A stretch of 64,000 nucleotides of DNA. Origin: a virus. Lineage: Duplodnaviria; Caudoviricetes. The stretch lies in IMG/VR virus record IMGVR_UViG_3300028534_000024, positions 1 to 64,000 of that record, one strand, 5' to 3'. The first letter of the stretch is position 1, and each line of letters starts with the position of its first letter. Made by a program: the position numbers and the translations under genes. Positions 59,118-64,000 of this stretch are shown piece after piece. Under the pieces are notes generated by a model. It was not told where the DNA came from, ran no database searches, and worked only from the letters and a program-made list of their open reading frames with translations.

Positions 59118-60045
59118 GAATACTCCTTATATAATCTTCATCTTTTTTAATTGTTTTAGGTAAAATAGATATTAAAGTATCTATAATAGTATCTTTCTTG
59201 GTCACAACTTCTTTTTTAGTAGCTTCTTCTTTTTCTATTTTAGGTATAAGCCTAGTAATACAGGAGGGTATAACTAACTTCTTTAGTTTTTTAAGTTCAT
59301 CAGTATTTCGTATATCTACTTTAATGATATATTTATGTTTTATGTCAATATTTTCTAGGAAAGAAACTAATTTTGATAAAGGTAAAGTTATAGATAGTTT
59401 ATTAGGTAAGTCTAGTAGAACTCGTTCATAAGTTAAATCTTCGAAATTTACAAGTAGGTATGAATGCTCACCTTGAATTTTATATTTATTAGAATATGGA
59501 CTTCCAATATAGATTACATTAGCTTCAGGTTCATAGCTTTCATGAATATCTCCTAAAAATACTATATCAAATTTGTTTTTAATATCACTTTCATATTTAT
59601 AAAGTTCACCTTTACCAAATAATGGATGTGACCATCTAAAATGTGATAATAATACATTATTTCCTTTATAAGATAAATCTAAATATTGTATAGATTCTAT
59701 ATCTTGATGACCTATAGGATATATTTTAGTTGTTCCTGTAAAAGAAGTTTCTATTTTTTGAATATTAAACAAACCCATAATATCATCAAGGCAGTAGTAT
59801 TGAGCATTTACTCTTTCGTGATTACCTTCGATATAGTAAATTGGCTTACTAATACAATCTATAAATTCTTTAAAAGCTATAATATCAAACATATCTGGTT
59901 TTGATTTATCAAATATATCTCCTAGAAGATATACTTCATCTGATTCATCTCTATCTAAAATACTTCCAAGTTCTATCAGTCTATTAGTTTCAAATACTTT
60001 GTCTTCTGAAGTATTGATATGAATATCAGCCACTAGTGATACCAT
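59107..60045 (-). CDS. sbcD: SbcD/Mre11/gp47-like nuclease
   Basis: ADIH, LGDIFD, GNHE, SH and GDIH metallophosphoesterase motifs. Confidence 0.92.
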   Translation of the reverse strand: MVSLVADIHINTSEDKVFETNRLIELGSILDRDESDEVYLLGDIFDKSKPDMFDIIAFKEFIDCISKPIYYIEGNHERVNAQYYCLDDIMGLFNIQKIETSFTGTTKIYPIGHQDIESIQYLDLSYKGNNVLLSHFRWSHPLFGKGELYKYESDIKNKFDIVFLGDIHESYEPEANVIYIGSPYSNKYKIQGEHSYLLVNFEDLTYERVLLDLPNKLSITLPLSKLVSFLENIDIKHKYIIKVDIRNTDELKKLKKLVIPSCITRLIPKIEKEEATKKEVVTKKDTIIDTLISILPKTIKKDEDYIRSILEN

Positions 60046-60409
60046 CGTGCTTCCTTATAAAATATGCACAATAAAATTCCATTGGGTTATTTATTAATAA
60101 TTGTAATTGCATACAGTTTCCTATTTTATTGTCAAAATTTTCACAACAATTACAACATTTATCATTCACTATAACTACTGCATACTCCATAAACATTTTA
60201 TGTACTGTTATTAATTTATTAGCTTTTTTATTATATACATAAGCATGATTTATATCTTCATGTGGTATATTAACCCATACATCCTTGTCTTCATAATCGT
60301 ATGATAACGATTTAAGTTGTTTTAATGTAGGAACTTCCCATCCTTCTTTATTAGCCACATCAAAAAGTTCACTATAACCAAATTTTTTAATTAAACTTTT
60401 TAGCCGCAT
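60026..60409 (-). CDS. Hypothetical protein with C-terminal Cys cluster
   Basis: CCNCC...C...C motif. Confidence 0.55.
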   Translation of the reverse strand: MRLKSLIKKFGYSELFDVANKEGWEVPTLKQLKSLSYDYEDKDVWVNIPHEDINHAYVYNKKANKLITVHKMFMEYAVVIVNDKCCNCCENFDNKIGNCMQLQLLINNPMEFYCAYFIRKHDGITSG

Positions 60410-60630
60410 TAATTATCCTTATAATTATCTATAACTTTACTCAGAAAATTAAAAATAGTGTAATCTAGATCAGAGTCTTTAATGCATGGTACTTTATTAC
60501 ACTCTGTGTATTCTTCTACAGTGTTACTACTTAGATTCATTCTGTGCCACATAGTGTACACTTCTTCAATAGTTTCTAGTGTGATAGTAACAGGTTTAAA
60601 TTCTTTATTTTGTTCAATTTTCATATGCAT
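60409..60630 (-). CDS. Hypothetical protein
   Basis: FKPVTITLET motif, RBS. Confidence 0.6.
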   Translation of the reverse strand: MHMKIEQNKEFKPVTITLETIEEVYTMWHRMNLSSNTVEEYTECNKVPCIKDSDLDYTIFNFLSKVIDNYKDN

Positions 60631-60643
60631 CCTTTTGGTTTAT

Positions 60644-61075
60644 TTAATGGTATAACATATTAGATATACTTAATGTATCTACATAATGTAGAATATGGTT
60701 AGGAATAATAACACTATAGTTTTCTGAATGTTTAGTCCTTACTTTACCGATACTTGTATGTCTATATTTAGGCTTTATAAGTAGATTTAAATGTAACTCT
60801 TTGCACAATTCTATAATAGTACCTAAATCTAAATAATGAATAGGTTGTATTTCAAACATACCACTATATCCATACTCATACCCATTATCATCTTCAAATT
60901 CATAATATTCATAAGGATTAAAAGTTACATTTCCAGATGATTCATAATATCGTCTTATACGATTTTCTATTTCATCATCATCGAAATATAACTCATAATC
61001 TTTTGTTAGTTTATCTATTATTATAGCTTTCATAGTTTTATCCTTATAAAATGTTGATATGGACAAAAAGTCCAT
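60644..61075 (-). CDS. Hypothetical protein
   Basis: ORF in operon. Confidence 0.55.
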   Translation of the reverse strand: MDFLSISTFYKDKTMKAIIIDKLTKDYELYFDDDEIENRIRRYYESSGNVTFNPYEYYEFEDDNGYEYGYSGMFEIQPIHYLDLGTIIELCKELHLNLLIKPKYRHTSIGKVRTKHSENYSVIIPNHILHYVDTLSISNMLYH

Positions 61076-61080
61076 ATCAG

Positions 61081-61878
61081 TTATGCTGGAAGATCATCTT
61101 GTGATGTTGTCCCTGTTTTAGACATAAGCTCCTCATCGAGCTGTCTATTTAAATCTTCTATATATTGATTTATAGCTTTATTAGTCTCAAGAATAAAGTT
61201 AAGATTATCAATCATTTCTTGTCCTTCGAATGCCCTAGCTGTTGTATTTTCGTTATCCAAATCAACAACAGCATACTTAACTGCTCCTTGTTTTCCTACC
61301 CCCATTTCCATATTAATAACTACATATGGAGTTTTTGGATTTACTGAAGATATAAGCTGATTCATACCATAAAGAATAGTACCTTTAATATACATATTAT
61401 ATGGTGTAAATGGTTCATCACTTTCTTTTGGTCTAATACCAATAGTTAGTAATGTTTGTGGTTTTACATCTTTACCTTCATCGATAAGTTGTACCACAGA
61501 CTTACCGGAAATTACATCTATATAGTTTACCTTTTTTGTATAAGGATCTTGTAGTTTTGTTTTAACTGAGACAGAATTTGTTGTCGGGTCAAACATATTA
61601 TACATAGATTTTCTATTAATAATAAGAATATCTATATCTTTTGGATCGTATACTATATTGTATTTGATAACTTCACCATCTTCATCTTTCTCAGGATCCC
61701 CTACAATTTGTCCGATCTCTGCAATACCTTTAACATTATTAACTTTTAAAAGGGGGAACGGTAATGAAACACCTGTAGTTACCTCAAATTGTTCTTTATA
61801 TACTTTCTCTGCTTCTTCTATATCCATACCTGAAGCTATTAATTGTGCTATAATTTGTTCTTTCATTTCGTTTGCCAT
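61081..61878 (-). CDS. Putative single-stranded DNA-binding protein
   Basis: Beta-rich core, acidic tail ending QDDLPA, next to the recombination nuclease genes. Confidence 0.45.
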   Translation of the reverse strand: MANEMKEQIIAQLIASGMDIEEAEKVYKEQFEVTTGVSLPFPLLKVNNVKGIAEIGQIVGDPEKDEDGEVIKYNIVYDPKDIDILIINRKSMYNMFDPTTNSVSVKTKLQDPYTKKVNYIDVISGKSVVQLIDEGKDVKPQTLLTIGIRPKESDEPFTPYNMYIKGTILYGMNQLISSVNPKTPYVVINMEMGVGKQGAVKYAVVDLDNENTTARAFEGQEMIDNLNFILETNKAINQYIEDLNRQLDEELMSKTGTTSQDDLPA

Positions 61879-61974
61879 TTAAATTCCTTATAATTTATTA
61901 TTTTAGTTGTTAGCATTATGCACCTATTATTTATTTGTTATATTTTAACTACTATACTTATTTATTAAATTATT

Positions 61975-62178
61975 TCATAAAATCTCCTTATCTTTTGGTG
62001 TTAATCTTTCAGTTATGATCGAAGGACATATATAACCACCCATCACGATAGCTTCAATGAGTTGTTTGATCTCTTTAGATGATAATGATGATAGATTTAA
62101 TAACTTTTTACCTCTCTTAGGCGATAATGTTAGACTATCTCTTGTGAGTTCTGATAATTTATATTTTCTAAACTCCAT
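61975..62178 (-). CDS. Hypothetical protein
   Basis: AAGGA RBS behind a consensus promoter. Confidence 0.6.
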   Translation of the reverse strand: MEFRKYKLSELTRDSLTLSPKRGKKLLNLSSLSSKEIKQLIEAIVMGGYICPSIITERLTPKDKEIL

Positions 62179-62206
62179 ATATGTCCTTTCTAATTTTATA
62201 TTTGGT

Positions 62207-62236
62207 ATTATATCATAGTAGATATAAATTTGTCAA
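62207..62236 (-). promoter_or_regulatory. sigma70-type promoter TTGACA-N18-TATAAT
   Basis: Consensus hexamers. Confidence 0.75.
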
Positions 62237-62268
62237 GATGTAAGGATAAATAATTTAAAAGAAAATAT

Positions 62269-62558
62269 GAAAGGTTTTACCCCTAAGGCAACCTATGATA
62301 CCTAAATGAAAAGAAAAGCCTTTTAAGATACCATTATGTTGCTTTAAATGGTATATCTTGTCAGAAAACTTTATATAATAATATAAATTAATTTCAATTT
62401 TCTTTTGTTACAAAAGTTTCCTGAAAATACTATATAAATTTCAAGAAATTTACATTTTACTCTTGACAAATCTTTAATAGTGTGGTATAATATCAGTCTG
62501 AACCGAAAGGTTCCCAATATATAGACCGTAGGTCTTAGCTTATAAGATAACTATATAG
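62269..62558 (+). repeat. ~290-bp dispersed repeat, copy D (inverted)
   Basis: Reverse complement of copies B/C; promoter 62463-62491 points right. Confidence 0.92.
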
Positions 62559-62570
62559 CTATTTTATAGA

Positions 62571-62972
62571 CTATATTTTACCCCATGTTTTATTATACCC
62601 ATACTTATGTATGATTCTATATACAGATGCTACAGATATATCATAGTCTTTTGCAAGTTGCCTTGATGATATACCATTTAATATAAATTCCTCAATTATA
62701 CTTTTATGAAGTACTTTAGGTATTCTTTTACGGATACATTTAAGTTTGTTATTGTATATTTTAAATTGCTTATGTACATCATATTTATTTACCTCTTCTT
62801 GTGTAGCATAGTAGAATTTGTAAAGTCCATCCACCCAAACAATAGGAGCAACATTATTACATACGCTTATATATTCGTTATCATTACTTACTACTAATAT
62901 CCCATATCCATTATCGTAGGCTTTTTGTGCTTCCTCTATTGTTAATTCTTTTCTATTTTTAAAGTTTTTCAT
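62571..62972 (-). CDS. Protein with C-terminal HTH
   Basis: GISSRQLAKDYDISVASVYRII. Confidence 0.7.
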   Translation of the reverse strand: MKNFKNRKELTIEEAQKAYDNGYGILVVSNDNEYISVCNNVAPIVWVDGLYKFYYATQEEVNKYDVHKQFKIYNNKLKCIRKRIPKVLHKSIIEEFILNGISSRQLAKDYDISVASVYRIIHKYGYNKTWGKI

Positions 62973-63048
62973 TATTTATCCTTATGTTAGTTTAAATTAC
63001 TTACCTATTAAAATAAGCAACTTTCTTGGTGTTGCTTATACTTTACCA

Positions 63049-63927
63049 TTAACTAATGAATTTATGTTGATCAAGTAAATCATCTGGATCAAATCCTAAT
63101 GACCATAATATTTCCCTGAATATTTTATTCTCCTCTTCCAATTCATCATAGTAAACATCATAGTAGTCGAAATAATTATCAACATATATATTATCTTTAC
63201 TTTCATAGACTTTGTTAGGTATCTCTATATCCTTAAGTACTTGAAGAGTATTTTCCATACAGTCTACATATAACACCTCATTTTTTGTATGTTCATTATC
63301 GTAGCCAACGCTTAAGTTTACACAAGCAATATCGTTTGCCAGCTCAGAGGCATCTGTGATAGAACCTATACTTTCCTTAAAGCCATACTCAGTAAATAGC
63401 TTTGTAAGCTCGTCATTATCATAACCATATAATGCAACTTCCTGTTTACCATAGCCAGATTTTCTATCTAAACCAATAAAACAAGTCGGGCTAAAATCCT
63501 CGATAAGATTTTCTTTTAGGTCTAGGGATAAGTTTCCACTACCAATACACCCTATCTCTTCATCTATAAAGAAACCTATATCATATTTAAAGTTATCCGT
63601 CTCATTCATATAATCTATCAACTTTAATGCAATATATAGTCCTGCTCTATCATCACCCCCTAGGCAACTTAGTTCGGATAAGGGAGAAAGACTTATAATA
63701 TTATTCTTACTGTCGAAAACAAAATCATCTACAGTAGGTTTTATATTATCCTTACTGTGTGTATTTATTGTATCTAAATGTACACATAGTAAAGGCTTTG
63801 AGGATGGACTTGTTAGTAGAATATATTTATCTCCTATTATTTTATCAAATCCATCGAATTTTTTGTTAAAAAAATACTCATATATCTCATCTTGTGTTTT
63901 ACTTAAAATACTTATTATGTTATCCAT
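63049..63927 (-). CDS. M20/M28-family metallopeptidase-like protein
   Basis: CVHLDT, GGDDRAG, DEEIG, GLDRK, TDA and GYDNEHT zinc-ligand motifs. Confidence 0.8.
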   Translation of the reverse strand: MDNIISILSKTQDEIYEYFFNKKFDGFDKIIGDKYILLTSPSSKPLLCVHLDTINTHSKDNIKPTVDDFVFDSKNNIISLSPLSELSCLGGDDRAGLYIALKLIDYMNETDNFKYDIGFFIDEEIGCIGSGNLSLDLKENLIEDFSPTCFIGLDRKSGYGKQEVALYGYDNDELTKLFTEYGFKESIGSITDASELANDIACVNLSVGYDNEHTKNEVLYVDCMENTLQVLKDIEIPNKVYESKDNIYVDNYFDYYDVYYDELEEENKIFREILWSLGFDPDDLLDQHKFIS

Positions 63928-64000
63928 TTATTTTCCTTAATTTTTGTTGTATTCTAAAAATGCTTCCTCTGATGACCAATATGTATCAGATTCTTCATCA

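Noticed and set aside
1-64000. tRNA genes, integrase/repressor, modified-base (Z, queuosine-type) pathways
   Set aside because: No tRNA T-arm/acceptor pattern or diagnostic enzyme motifs were recognised by eye; tRNAscan-SE and HMM searches would be needed to exclude them fully

Overview
AT-rich, long-tailed dsDNA phage (siphovirus-like) genome segment. No integrase, repressor, tRNA, CRISPR array or reverse transcriptase was seen, so it looks lytic. AAGGA ribosome-binding sites and TGn-extended -10 promoters are compatible with a Campylobacterota-type host (weak inference). Layout: (i) 1-2.9 kb: a coiled-coil gene preceded by a ~900-nt promoter-driven, ORF-free, heavily base-paired candidate large ncRNA, then an origin-like block of tandem and inverted repeats; (ii) 2.9-8.2 kb, minus strand: unknown genes and terminase; (iii) 8.7-30.1 kb, plus strand: HK97-type head, tail, tail-tip and lysis genes; (iv) 30.1-64 kb, minus strand: replication, nucleotide-metabolism and recombination genes. 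Region iv includes PolA and NrdB each split by a group I intron carrying an HNH endonuclease, three DNA methyltransferases plus a frameshifted Dam-like pseudogene, one intact and two apparently dead ligase paralogs, and a region-2-only sigma factor. A conserved promoter plus twin-hairpin element occurs four times (8.4, 34.4, 44.6, 62.5 kb), three times inside a ~290-bp dispersed repeat. Functional calls come from reading motifs by eye; no database searches were run.
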